Source: Flavobacteriales bacterium (lineage in GTDB: Bacteria; Bacteroidota; Bacteroidia; Flavobacteriales_D; JAUILH01). From it: a stretch of DNA of 64,000 nucleotides. Shown piece by piece: positions 43,427 through 53,425 of this stretch (the first letter of the stretch is position 1; every line of letters begins with the position of its first letter). A program made the position numbers and the translations under genes. Below the pieces are notes generated by a model that saw only the letters and a program-made list of their open reading frames with translations, made no database searches and was not told where the DNA came from. The DNA lies in NCBI GenBank assembly GCA_964230025.1, contig CAXRFO010000012.1, positions 923,652 to 987,651 of the forward strand, written 5' to 3'.

Positions 43427-44719
43427 ATGAATGTATTAGTTCTAGGATCTGGGGGAAGAGAGCATGCTATTGCATGGAAATTATCTAATAGCTCCCAGCT
43501 TGATCAATTATATATTGCTCCCGGAAACGCGGGAACAAAAAGTGTTGGAGAAAATGTTCCACTTGACCCTATGAACTTTGAGGAGGTAAAATCTTTTTGC
43601 CTTGAAAATGATGTGAATATTGTTGTCGTTGGACCTGAACAACCTTTAGTAGCAGGAATTGCTGATTTCTTTGAGTCGGATGCTGAATTGAGAAATGTAA
43701 CGCTCATAGGACCAAATAAAAAAGCAGCACAACTTGAAGGTTCAAAGGATTTCGCAAAGAACTTCATGATGCGAAACAATATTCCTACCGCTAAATACGC
43801 AACTTTTACCAAGAAGACTTTGAAAGAAGGATACGCTTTTCTAGAGTCAATGAATGCACCATATGTACTTAAGGCAGATGGGCTAGCGGCTGGAAAGGGA
43901 GTTTTAATTATTGATAATCTTGCTGAGGCAAAAGCCTCTCTTAAAGAAATCCTTAGCGATAAAAAATTTGGTGAAGCAGGTGCTAAGGTAGTAATAGAGC
44001 AATTTTTATCTGGTGTAGAAATGTCTTGTTTCATTTTAACAGACGGTAAATCTTATAAAATTCTGCCTTCAGCCAAAGATTATAAGAGAATTGGAGAGGG
44101 AGATACCGGACTAAATACCGGTGGAATGGGTGCAGTTTCTCCAGTGCCTTTCCTAAATTCTGATTATATGGACTTGGTTGAAACTAGAATAATTAAACCA
44201 ACCATAAAGGGACTTGCTTTGGATGGGATTCATTATCAAGGGTTCATCTTTTTCGGATTAATTAATGTTAAAGGAGAACCCTACGTAATTGAGTACAACT
44301 GCCGTATGGGTGATCCAGAGACAGAAGTGGTAATGCCACGTTTAAAGTCTGACCTACTCGATTTGTTTGAAGGAATTGCAACCAATACACTCTCGGAACG
44401 AGATGTTGATATTGATCCAAGAACCGCTATAACCGTAATGATGGTTTCAGGAGGTTATCCAGAAGCTTATGAAAAAGGAAAGCCAATTTCTGGAATTACA
44501 GGAGTTCAAGATGCTTTAGTATTCCATGCAGGTACCAGAGAAGAAAGTGGAAGAGTATTTACGAACGGAGGTAGGGTATTAGCCGTTACAGCCTATGGTA
44601 AGGATATTGAAAGAGCCACGCAAGCAGCTTATAACAATTTAAGCTTGATTTCTTTTGAAAACGCTAATTACCGAGAAGATATCGGTCAAGATTTGATGCG
44701 AGAGAAAAAAGTAAAGTAG
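43427..44719 (+). CDS. purD: Phosphoribosylamine--glycine ligase
   Basis: MNVLVLGSGGREHAIAWKL, ATP-grasp blocks, NCRMGDPE. Track start 43385 lies in the upstream hairpin. Confidence 0.93.
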   Translation: MNVLVLGSGGREHAIAWKLSNSSQLDQLYIAPGNAGTKSVGENVPLDPMNFEEVKSFCLENDVNIVVVGPEQPLVAGIADFFESDAELRNVTLIGPNKKAAQLEGSKDFAKNFMMRNNIPTAKYATFTKKTLKEGYAFLESMNAPYVLKADGLAAGKGVLIIDNLAEAKASLKEILSDKKFGEAGAKVVIEQFLSGVEMSCFILTDGKSYKILPSAKDYKRIGEGDTGLNTGGMGAVSPVPFLNSDYMDLVETRIIKPTIKGLALDGIHYQGFIFFGLINVKGEPYVIEYNCRMGDPETEVVMPRLKSDLLDLFEGIATNTLSERDVDIDPRTAITVMMVSGGYPEAYEKGKPISGITGVQDALVFHAGTREESGRVFTNGGRVLAVTAYGKDIERATQAAYNNLSLISFENANYREDIGQDLMREKKVK

Positions 44720-44720
44720 T

Positions 44721-44924
44721 TTACTTTATTTGATCAGGGTTGTTTGCAGCTTCTGCATTATACTTAGCCTGCATTTTCAACCAGATAAACAAACCTACGA
44801 AACCACCTAAAAGGAAGAACAAGTTAATTCCAAAAAAGCCCCAATTACCTAGAGGTACAAGCACAGTGTCAAAGGTCCAAACTAAAAGATCTCCTAAAGG
44901 CTCAACGAATGTTTGTAAGTTCAT
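44721..44924 (-). CDS. Small membrane protein (67 aa)
   Basis: ATG at 44924 (track start is TTG). Hydrophobic FFGINLFFLLGGFVGLFIWL. Its stop lies 1 nt from the purD stop. Confidence 0.5.
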   Translation of the reverse strand: MNLQTFVEPLGDLLVWTFDTVLVPLGNWGFFGINLFFLLGGFVGLFIWLKMQAKYNAEAANNPDQIK

Positions 44925-45028
44925 TTTGTAAAATTTATAGTACAAATAAACAAAACTTTCCTTTTAATACCATAGCTCTAACTCAAAAAATGGAAGATTT
45001 AGTTTAATTTTATAGCGAAGATAATTTT

Positions 45029-46468
45029 ATGCAAAAACTTGAGAATTATATAGGAGGTAAGCTATTAGCACCTCTTTCAGGCAATTATATTGATAACTAT
45101 GATCCCTCAAGAGGAAAGGTTTATAGCTTAATTCCACGCTCAGCTAAAGAGGATGTTCAGCTTGCTTATGAAGCAGCAGAAACAGCTTTTAAAACTTGGA
45201 GTACAACACCTGCAAGTGAACGTGGAAGAATCATGCAAACCATAGCTGATCTTATTCAAGAACGCCTTGATGAACTGGCTGAAGCAGAAAGTCTAGACAA
45301 CGGAAAACCATTAAAACTAGCCAGCCATGTAGATATTCCGCGAGCCAGTCAAAACTTCTCATTTTTTGCAACCGGAATACAACATTTTTCATCGGAATCA
45401 CACAATTCCGAAAACGCCATAAATTTTACACTTAGAAAGCCAATAGGTGTAGTAGGATGCATTTCGCCTTGGAATTTGCCTCTTTATTTATTCACTTGGA
45501 AAATAGCACCTGCACTTGCAGCTGGAAATTGCGTAGTCGCAAAACCTTCTGAGGTAACTCCTATGACTGCATATTTATTAAGCAAACTTTGTATTGAGGC
45601 TGGTCTTCCTCCTGGAGTATTGAATATTGTTCATGGTCTTGGTCATGAATGTGGAAATGAGATCGTTTCTCACCCAAAGATCAAAGCAATCTCTTTTACA
45701 GGCGGGACTTCCACAGGAGCACATATTGCAAAAATAGCGGCCCCTATGTTCAAAAAATTGTCCTTGGAATTGGGAGGGAAAAATCCTACACTGGTATTTG
45801 CTGATTGCGATTTTGAAGACACTGTTTCTCAAGTAGTGAGAGCTTCATTTGCCAACCAAGGTCAAATTTGTTTATGTGGTTCAAGAATATTGATAGAAGA
45901 ATCCATTTACGATAAATTCAAAGAAGCCTTCCTAGAAAAGGTGAGAAAAACAAAAGTTGGAGCACCTAATGACCCAACTGTTCATATGGGAGCTTTGGTT
46001 TCTAAGGATCATATGGAAAAGGTAATCTCCTACATTGAACTAGCTAAAGAGGAAGGAGGAGTTATTTTACACGGTGGAAATCGAGTAAATGTTGAAGGAG
46101 AATTTGCTGAAGGTTATTATTTGGAACCAACTGTAATTGAAGGTTTAGATCAAAATTGCCGCACAAACACGGAAGAGATTTTTGGACCCGTTGTGACCTT
46201 GCAAAAATTTAAGAGTGAAGAAAAGGCTCTTCAGCTCGCAAATGCCACGGAATATGGATTAGCTACTTCCGTTTGGACAACCAACATTAAAAGGTCTCAA
46301 CGATTAGCACAACAATTGGATTTTGGAATCGTTTGGATTAATTGTTGGCTTTTACGTGACCTTCGTACCCCTTTTGGTGGAATGAAAAATTCTGGAGTAG
46401 GACGTGAGGGAGGATGGGAAGCCCTTAAGTTTTTTACTGAACCAACAAACGTATGCATAAAGCTTTAG
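45029..46468 (+). CDS. ALDH8-like aldehyde dehydrogenase (2-aminomuconate / 2-hydroxymuconate semialdehyde dehydrogenase type)
   Basis: Collinear similarity, from memory, to ALDH8A1: ENYIGGK, YDPS.G.VY, ISPWNLPLYL.TWKIAPA, KPSE.T, LELGGKNP, FANQGQICLC, EEIFGPV, NCWLLRDLRTPFGGMK.SG.GREG. Confidence 0.8.
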   Translation: MQKLENYIGGKLLAPLSGNYIDNYDPSRGKVYSLIPRSAKEDVQLAYEAAETAFKTWSTTPASERGRIMQTIADLIQERLDELAEAESLDNGKPLKLASHVDIPRASQNFSFFATGIQHFSSESHNSENAINFTLRKPIGVVGCISPWNLPLYLFTWKIAPALAAGNCVVAKPSEVTPMTAYLLSKLCIEAGLPPGVLNIVHGLGHECGNEIVSHPKIKAISFTGGTSTGAHIAKIAAPMFKKLSLELGGKNPTLVFADCDFEDTVSQVVRASFANQGQICLCGSRILIEESIYDKFKEAFLEKVRKTKVGAPNDPTVHMGALVSKDHMEKVISYIELAKEEGGVILHGGNRVNVEGEFAEGYYLEPTVIEGLDQNCRTNTEEIFGPVVTLQKFKSEEKALQLANATEYGLATSVWTTNIKRSQRLAQQLDFGIVWINCWLLRDLRTPFGGMKNSGVGREGGWEALKFFTEPTNVCIKL

Positions 46469-47541
46469 GCTTAGTCTTATTATTTTTATTTCTTCTGTCA
46501 TGTAAGGAGAATTCGACTCCGCAACCAAAGGAGAAGAATCTTCAAAAAAGTAATTCAGAGATTAACCTTGGAAATAAAATTGAAGACTGGATAAATTACG
46601 CTTATGAAGACAGTGTAGAAATCCTTCTAAACGCCGATAAATTTGCACTAAAAATAACAAAAGGTTATCCGATCACAGATAGTCTTAGAAATTCCATTTC
46701 CTCATCAATTAAAAAAACGCCTTGGTTAAAAAACGAACTCCAAACTTCTGCCAATTTTGACCTTTACTATGCAGGAAATAAAAAAGATAAAGGCTTTGAA
46801 TTTTTGTACTTTTTAGTGGCTTATAATCCAGGCTTTAATTACATAATTTTCCAAATGGATAAGGATAGTATTGTTGATATGTTTAGCTTTATTCGGGCAG
46901 GTTATTTGAGTGATTCCTACGGAACAACCTTAAAAATTGCGAATCATATGGGAGAAGACTATGAAGAACAAGGGATTCTCTTGAAGGAGATCAAACGTAA
47001 TTTTAATAGGGCAAACTGTTCTGAAGTTTGGAATCAATCTGTTATTGTTGACGACCTATTAAAGAATACTACTACTCTCAGAACAATGCTCCTAGCTTGT
47101 CGCTCTGATCAACATACAAAAGACACGGACAGTCTAGTAGAGCTTCTTAATACCGATCCACACTACAGTCTTTTATTGTACGACTATCACGCTAAAAAAG
47201 GAAACTTCTCTAAGGCACTAGCGTATTTAAAAGTGCTAAAAAGCCTATTGCCTTTTGATAGCTATTTAAACGTTCCAGAAGCTGCCCTGCATAATAAGTT
47301 AACCAATTACAAAAAGGCTGATAGCCTTATTGGTGCCGTTGATTCCAAGTATGTTCACGATTATTTTTATCTCTACACAAAACTGGACGCTGAGATTAAA
47401 TTAGAAACTTATGCGGAGGCCTTAAAGACTTTAAGTTTATTGCGAGGGGAGGGGATGACCAAAAGTGAAATTTTGGAATTCATTGAAATTCAATACCCAG
47501 ATTTTTACCGACACAAAAGTTTCCAGAGTTGGAATCTTTAA
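46453..47541 (+). CDS. Hypothetical lipoprotein with a helical (TPR-like) C-terminal half
   Basis: Lipobox LFLLSC. 16-nt overlap with the upstream gene. Confidence 0.55.
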   Translation: MHKALGLVLLFLFLLSCKENSTPQPKEKNLQKSNSEINLGNKIEDWINYAYEDSVEILLNADKFALKITKGYPITDSLRNSISSSIKKTPWLKNELQTSANFDLYYAGNKKDKGFEFLYFLVAYNPGFNYIIFQMDKDSIVDMFSFIRAGYLSDSYGTTLKIANHMGEDYEEQGILLKEIKRNFNRANCSEVWNQSVIVDDLLKNTTTLRTMLLACRSDQHTKDTDSLVELLNTDPHYSLLLYDYHAKKGNFSKALAYLKVLKSLLPFDSYLNVPEAALHNKLTNYKKADSLIGAVDSKYVHDYFYLYTKLDAEIKLETYAEALKTLSLLRGEGMTKSEILEFIEIQYPDFYRHKSFQSWNL

Positions 47542-47804
47542 TCAATCTTCTTCATTCCATTGGTAAGAAACCATCCAAGATGGTCATTAACCCAAGCTTC
47601 AAATGCATGATATTTTTTCAGCAATTTCATACTTATTAAACGTGTTGCCGCAAGTTTTGTTGTAAATAACGACTTCTTTCAAACTTAGCAAATTAAGGCT
47701 TAGTTTTTGTGCTAGCACTTATGGATTTATTAACAAAATAGTGTGCGCGCTTGAGCTAGGAATCCTATTTTAGCGAAAACAATAGATATATCTTTGAGTA
47801 AAGC

Positions 47805-50800
47805 TTGAAACGTCACATATTTCAATATCGATATTACATCATCATTCTGGTAGCGCTACTCCTTGTCATTTCGGAATTGCTACTCCCTACGCATGACGGT
47901 AAAGTACCGGAACATATTGCGAATAAAATAGGTCTTGCTGTAGAAGAGATCGCACAGTTAGGTGAAGGAGAGATTAAAAAGTCTCTTAAAGCAATGTCCG
48001 ATGATGAAATAAGGCAAGACGTATTTAATAAAACTAGCGACGATTATGCGATTGCCATTTATAAGAAAGAAAACTTAATTGCTTGGAATAAGCACCTATT
48101 TCCAATACCTCTTAAGTTTCAGGACCATAAAGGACTTATTGAAACAGGGAAGGGATTCTTTTATATACTTCAAGGAAAGTCAGGAGAGTTTCAAAAGCAA
48201 ATATGGATACCGGTCTACTATAAATTTCCCTTCAATAATAAGTATCTAAAAAATTCATTTCCAAAGTATATTGGGGTATCCAACGCATATGAATTAAATA
48301 AATCAGGGACGGACCTTTCCTCACCATTGAAAATCCTTGGAAAAAAGGAGGCATATGTTTCACATAATTCGGATATTTTGCGTCAACAGAATACCTTTAC
48401 ATGGAGTTCATTTCTTGCTTGGATAGCATTACTTTTTTTGCTCATTTTTTTATGGCTAGAGGCAAGTTTTTGGGTACGTAAAACAAATCTTTTCTATGGA
48501 ATTTTGATGTTTGCTGGAAGCCTTCTAATGCTAAGGTATATTTCGGTCAATTTTCAGTTTCCTCATAGCTTTCTTGATACCTCATGGTTTGATCCTTTAC
48601 TCTATGCGCATTCAGAGTGGACTCCTAGTTTAGGGCACTTATTGCTTCACACATTTTTCATTTTATTATTGGTTTTATTCATTTACAGGAAGAGAGATCA
48701 TCATGATTTGAATCTACCCAAGGCGCTTATCAATGTGATTAGTTTTTTCGGAATGGCTATCAGCCTATGGTCTTTGTTATACATCAGTGGACTATTGAAA
48801 AGCTTAATTTTAGATAGCCAGTTATTGTTTAACAATAACAATTTGTTCCAAATGTCAGCGCAAAGTGTCGCAGCAATCCTTGTGCTTGCATTTTGTTTCT
48901 TAAGCCTAGTTTTAGGCCTAACTTTCGTTTTCAAAATTTTAAGAAGATCGGATTTCGATAGAACGAATGCTTATTCCTTAGCGATTGTTTTGGGAGTCGT
49001 ATTTTTTATTTTGGCCTATCTGTTGGGAGAGTATTCTTTCCTTATTAGTCTGTGGCCTTTACTCTCAATTTGGATTGTTGTTCATGTTGTTTATGATTTA
49101 GATGAAAAATTTAGTTTTAGCGCTTCTGTTGGACTGCTTGCTATTACAGCAGCCTTAATTTCTGTTAATTTACTAGGGTACAGCACAGAAAAAGAACTAC
49201 GAAACAGACTACTTTATGCAGAAAAGCTAGCTAGCGATGAAGATCCAGATACGGAATTCAAATTTGCCAGCCTTGTTGAAAAGTGGGATAAAGATGAGCT
49301 GTTCACGCGTCCGTTTGTAAGTGAAACTGAGAAAAGTAAAACCGAATTTGATTATAAAATAAAGAAGGAATACTTCAGTGGTTTTTGGAATAAATACGAT
49401 ATAACATTTTACCTATATTATTCTGACGGTATCGACTGGAAAAAGGAGCCGAGCAACCCTGATAGAAGCCAAGAGGATCTAGAAAATTTAATCGAAAATT
49501 ACGGTCTTAGCTGTCCTCAAACCGATAAACTATTTTTGGTTAAGGACTATAAGAACCAATTGTCTTATGTTTTCCGTTACCCGATTAAAAATGCTGCCGA
49601 TAGTTTACTTGGAATTTTATATGGTGAACTTAAATCAAAAAAGCTACCAAGTGAAATTGGCTTTCCTGAGTTAACAATAGATACAAAGGCAGGAACGATT
49701 GAGGAGTTAGCGGGGTATTCATACGCACGATATTTGGACGGGCAAATTATTCAAAAGTCAGGCGCATACAATTATAATATTAGTCCTGAAAATTTACAAT
49801 CTAAAATAGGGGACAAGCGTCACATCTTTTATTTAGCAGATGGTTTCTCTCATTTGATATATAGAGTTTCACCGAATGCTCTTCTTGTGCTGGGTAAACC
49901 AACGGATGGTATATTGGAGAAAGCTACAACCTTCTCATACATATTTGCTATTCTGAGTTTACTTATAATTGTTTTAATCGTCCTACGAGAAATATCAGAT
50001 GGGATTAATATTTCCAACCTTTCTTTGAAGAGTAAGATACAGTTTATCATTATTGGACTTATTTTTTCTTGTTTGGTATTATTTGGATTAGGTATTCGCT
50101 ATTACATTGAAAGTCAAAATAGACAGAAGAATGAAAAACTAATATCTGAGAAAATAGAATCTGTTCACATAGAAGTCCGCAAAAAACTTGGAGATAAGGA
50201 TGATTTGTCTGAGCCCAACGTGACTGATGGTTATAAGAACATGATCATGCACAAGTTCAGCAGTGTTTTCTTTACTGATATTCATTTGTATGACCTAGAA
50301 GGTAATTTAATTGCCTCCTCCAATCATGACCTCTTCCATTATGATTTAATTACTCAAAAAATGAATCCTATCGCCTTCAAAGAAATGGTGATAAACCAAA
50401 GAAGTCGCTTTGTACAAAAAGAGCATATAGGGGGAATGGAGTATTTGAGTGCTTATAAGCCCTTTATTAATAAGGAAGGGAAAACTTTGGCTTATCTAAA
50501 TCTGCCATTCTTTGCCAAGCAAAACCCACTGGAAAATGAAAGTTACAACTTCATTATTGCCATTGTAAACATATTTGTTGTTCTATTTGCTTTGAGTATT
50601 GTGGCTGCTTTATTTGTATCAAATTGGGTAACCAAACCGCTAAAACTGCTTCAAGAGAACGTATCTAACATAGAATTTGGGAAGTCCAATAAACCTATTG
50701 CTTACACGGGTCAAGATGAGATTGGAAACTTGGTGAAAGAATATAATAACAAGGTTAGAGAATTAGAGCAAGCAGCAGATCAATTGGCTCGTTCTGAAAG

Positions 50801-51479
50801 GGAAAGTGCATGGCGCGAAATGGCAAAACAGGTAGCTCATGAAATAAAAAATCCTTTAACCCCCATGAAGTTGAGAATACAACATTTTGAACGTTCATTT
50901 GATAAGAATAGTGATGATGCGACCGAGACGATCGCACGATTTAGTTCCAGTTTAATTGAGCAAATAGACGCGTTAACCTCAATTGCCGACGAGTTTTCAA
51001 ATTTTGCAAAGATGCCCGTTGCTAGTGTTGAAGAGGTGAAACTAATTGATATTCTTAAATCGTCTCTAGACCTGTTTCAAGAGGTGGACTCTACCAGTTT
51101 AAAATTAGACAACAAATTAACTTCAGAAGCCTGGGTATATTATGATAGAGATCAATTGGTTCGCATATTTAACAATTTAATCAAAAATGCCCTTCAAGCT
51201 ATACCTGCTGAAAGAGAAGGCAGCGTTGAGGTTATAATTAGTCAAAAAAATGATTTCTATAGAATAGAGGTAAAGGATAACGGTACGGGTATAGAGCCAG
51301 AGCAACGAGATAAAATTTTTGTACCAAACTTCACGACCAAGTCGAAAGGGATGGGACTTGGCTTAGCCATGGTGAAAAACATGGTGCAAAATGCAGGCGG
51401 GAAAATCTGGTTTGAGACGGAATTAAATGAGGGAACCTCCTTTTTCGTTGAATTGCCAGTTTATAGCCCCCTCAAGTAA
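47805..51479 (+). CDS. Large multi-pass membrane sensor histidine kinase (NtrY-like H-box), with no response regulator in the window
   Basis: H-box AHEIKNPLTPM, N-box FNNLIKNALQA, G1 VKDNGTGI, G2 GMGLGLAM. More than 10 hydrophobic helices in the N-terminal ~950 aa. TTG start (first in-frame ATG is 63 codons later). Confidence 0.85.
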   Translation: MKRHIFQYRYYIIILVALLLVISELLLPTHDGKVPEHIANKIGLAVEEIAQLGEGEIKKSLKAMSDDEIRQDVFNKTSDDYAIAIYKKENLIAWNKHLFPIPLKFQDHKGLIETGKGFFYILQGKSGEFQKQIWIPVYYKFPFNNKYLKNSFPKYIGVSNAYELNKSGTDLSSPLKILGKKEAYVSHNSDILRQQNTFTWSSFLAWIALLFLLIFLWLEASFWVRKTNLFYGILMFAGSLLMLRYISVNFQFPHSFLDTSWFDPLLYAHSEWTPSLGHLLLHTFFILLLVLFIYRKRDHHDLNLPKALINVISFFGMAISLWSLLYISGLLKSLILDSQLLFNNNNLFQMSAQSVAAILVLAFCFLSLVLGLTFVFKILRRSDFDRTNAYSLAIVLGVVFFILAYLLGEYSFLISLWPLLSIWIVVHVVYDLDEKFSFSASVGLLAITAALISVNLLGYSTEKELRNRLLYAEKLASDEDPDTEFKFASLVEKWDKDELFTRPFVSETEKSKTEFDYKIKKEYFSGFWNKYDITFYLYYSDGIDWKKEPSNPDRSQEDLENLIENYGLSCPQTDKLFLVKDYKNQLSYVFRYPIKNAADSLLGILYGELKSKKLPSEIGFPELTIDTKAGTIEELAGYSYARYLDGQIIQKSGAYNYNISPENLQSKIGDKRHIFYLADGFSHLIYRVSPNALLVLGKPTDGILEKATTFSYIFAILSLLIIVLIVLREISDGINISNLSLKSKIQFIIIGLIFSCLVLFGLGIRYYIESQNRQKNEKLISEKIESVHIEVRKKLGDKDDLSEPNVTDGYKNMIMHKFSSVFFTDIHLYDLEGNLIASSNHDLFHYDLITQKMNPIAFKEMVINQRSRFVQKEHIGGMEYLSAYKPFINKEGKTLAYLNLPFFAKQNPLENESYNFIIAIVNIFVVLFALSIVAALFVSNWVTKPLKLLQENVSNIEFGKSNKPIAYTGQDEIGNLVKEYNNKVRELEQAADQLARSERESAWREMAKQVAHEIKNPLTPMKLRIQHFERSFDKNSDDATETIARFSSSLIEQIDALTSIADEFSNFAKMPVASVEEVKLIDILKSSLDLFQEVDSTSLKLDNKLTSEAWVYYDRDQLVRIFNNLIKNALQAIPAEREGSVEVIISQKNDFYRIEVKDNGTGIEPEQRDKIFVPNFTTKSKGMGLGLAMVKNMVQNAGGKIWFETELNEGTSFFVELPVYSPLK

Positions 51480-51522
51480 ATTTCTTGAACGTTTCTAGAT
51501 AGGTTTTCTGCCATTTACTAGC

Positions 51523-51530
51523 TACCTTTG
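51523..51530 (+). promoter_or_regulatory. -7 box TACCTTTG, 5 nt upstream of ATG 51536
   Basis: Exact TAnnTTTG match. Confidence 0.45.
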
Positions 51531-51535
51531 GGGGC

Positions 51536-52924
51536 ATGGAGAAAACACAATCATACATAGAAAATAACAAGGATAAATTTTTAAATGAGCTTTTGGAAAT
51601 GCTCAAAATCCCTTCAATTTCAGCGGATAGTAAATATGCTGGTGATGTTGCCAAATGTGCGGATTGGGTAGCCGATAATTTTAAGAATTGTGGAGCAGAA
51701 AACGTTGAAATTTGTGAGACAAAAGGTCATCCAATAGTTTATGCGGAAAAGTTTGTCGCTTCAAATTTGCCAACCGTGTTAGTTTATGGTCATTATGATG
51801 TGCAACCTCCAGACCCGGTTGAATTATGGGATTCTCCTCCATTTGAGCCAGTGGTTAAAGAAACAAGTATTCATCCACAAGGAGCTATTTTTGCAAGGGG
51901 AGCTTGTGATGATAAAGGGCAATTTTTCATGCACCTAAAAGCCTTTGAAGCAATGATGGAAGGTGATGGAGTGCCTTGTAATCTAAAGTTTATGATCGAA
52001 GGTGAAGAGGAAGTTGGTTCTGAGAACCTCCAAACCTTTGTAAAAGAGAATAAAGAAAAACTTAAGGCAGATGTCGTACTAGTTTCTGATACAGGAATTT
52101 TAGGTAACGAAACACCGTCCATCACAGTTGGGTTAAGAGGTCTGTCATATGTTGAAGTTGAGCTAACCGGGCCTAATAGAGATTTGCACTCAGGTTTGTA
52201 TGGTGGTGCTGTTGCAAATCCAATCAATGTGCTATGTGAGATGATTGCCAGTTTGAAAGATGAAAATCAACACATTACTATTCCAGGTTTTTACGATGAT
52301 ATTATTCCTATTTCCAATGAGGAGCGGGAAGAAATGGCAAAGGCTCCTTTCTCACAAGAGAAATACAATGAGGCCTTGGATATCGCGGATGTTTATGGCG
52401 AAAAAGGTTATTCAACCATGGAAAGAGCAAGTATACGCCCAACCCTAGATGTTAATGGAATTTGGGGTGGTTATACCGGTGAAGGCGCCAAAACAGTAAT
52501 TGCCAGCAAGGCATATGCGAAAATCTCAATGCGTTTAGTTCCAGGACAAGACCCTGATAAAATAACAAAATTGTTCTGCGATCATTTTGAAGCCATTGCT
52601 CCTGAGGCGGTAAAAGTAAAAGTCAGCCCTCATCATGGAGGTCAGCCCGCTTTAACACCAACAGATTCACCAGCTTATCTAGCTGCGGCGGATGCGATGG
52701 AAACCACCTTTGGAATTAGACCAATACCTCATAGAGGAGGTGGATCAATTCCTATCATAGCAATGTTTGAAAAAGAACTTGGCATAAAAACTGTTTTAAT
52801 GGGATTTGGATTGGATTCGGATGCCATTCATAGTCCTAATGAGCACTTTGGCTTATTCAACTTTTACAAGGGTATTGAAACCATTCCGCATTTCTATAAG
52901 AACTATGCAAACCGAACCGAGTAA
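51536..52924 (+). CDS. M20 family dipeptidase (ArgE/DapE/CNDP-like)
   Basis: YGHYDVQP, GACDDKGQ, IEGEEEVGS, HSPNEH. Confidence 0.85.
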   Translation: MEKTQSYIENNKDKFLNELLEMLKIPSISADSKYAGDVAKCADWVADNFKNCGAENVEICETKGHPIVYAEKFVASNLPTVLVYGHYDVQPPDPVELWDSPPFEPVVKETSIHPQGAIFARGACDDKGQFFMHLKAFEAMMEGDGVPCNLKFMIEGEEEVGSENLQTFVKENKEKLKADVVLVSDTGILGNETPSITVGLRGLSYVEVELTGPNRDLHSGLYGGAVANPINVLCEMIASLKDENQHITIPGFYDDIIPISNEEREEMAKAPFSQEKYNEALDIADVYGEKGYSTMERASIRPTLDVNGIWGGYTGEGAKTVIASKAYAKISMRLVPGQDPDKITKLFCDHFEAIAPEAVKVKVSPHHGGQPALTPTDSPAYLAAADAMETTFGIRPIPHRGGGSIPIIAMFEKELGIKTVLMGFGLDSDAIHSPNEHFGLFNFYKGIETIPHFYKNYANRTE

Positions 52925-52942
52925 TATCGGTTCATAAAATGA

Positions 52943-53425
52943 ATGGATATGAAAAGGAGTTTTTTGATTTTAGCCGTAGCTTTTAGTTTACTTTTTACGG
53001 CATGTGAGTACGAGGATGTTGAGATGGTAAGCTTGGATGATTACAAGCTAGAAAATGTAATGAATCCAAAGAAGCCCCTTTATCTTACCATAGATGCAAC
53101 ACTTAAGAATCCAAATAAATTTAAAATCACCGTTAAAAAAGCGGAATTTAATTTAAAAGTTGGAGGTAAAAATATGGGCCCCGTGCATCTTGAAACCCCT
53201 GTAGTAATGGATAAAAACACGGAGGAAGCGCATACCATTCGTTTGAGATTAGATAATAATAAAGTCCTTTCAGCAATAAAAGGAAGCGCTTGGCAAGTTT
53301 TAACTAAAGGCAAGGTTGATATTGAGGTAAAAGGCCGTTTAAAAGGTAAAGTCTTTGGAATAGGTAAATGGTTTGATGTAAAACACAAAGAAAGTATGAA
53401 AATTAAAGACTTATTGAATGGTTAA
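52943..53425 (+). CDS. Small lipoprotein, LEA type 2 (NDR1/HIN1-like) family
   Basis: Lipobox LLFTAC. Beta-sandwich-like pattern TLKNPNKFKITVKKAEFNLKVGG. The family call is tentative. Confidence 0.55.
   Translation: MDMKRSFLILAVAFSLLFTACEYEDVEMVSLDDYKLENVMNPKKPLYLTIDATLKNPNKFKITVKKAEFNLKVGGKNMGPVHLETPVVMDKNTEEAHTIRLRLDNNKVLSAIKGSAWQVLTKGKVDIEVKGRLKGKVFGIGKWFDVKHKESMKIKDLLNG

Noticed and set aside
43504-44034. Long antisense ORFs inside well-supported genes: 176 aa opposite purD, 60859-61272 opposite fabH, 63117-63542 and 62651-63074 opposite accC, 11286-11633 opposite the ALDH7 gene, 23128-23523 opposite the EEP nuclease, 51871-52227 opposite the M20 dipeptidase.
   Set aside because: They lie entirely within genes that have strong family signatures on the other strand. 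They have low-complexity, Ser/Pro/Phe-rich compositions typical of shadow frames. They have no independent start context.
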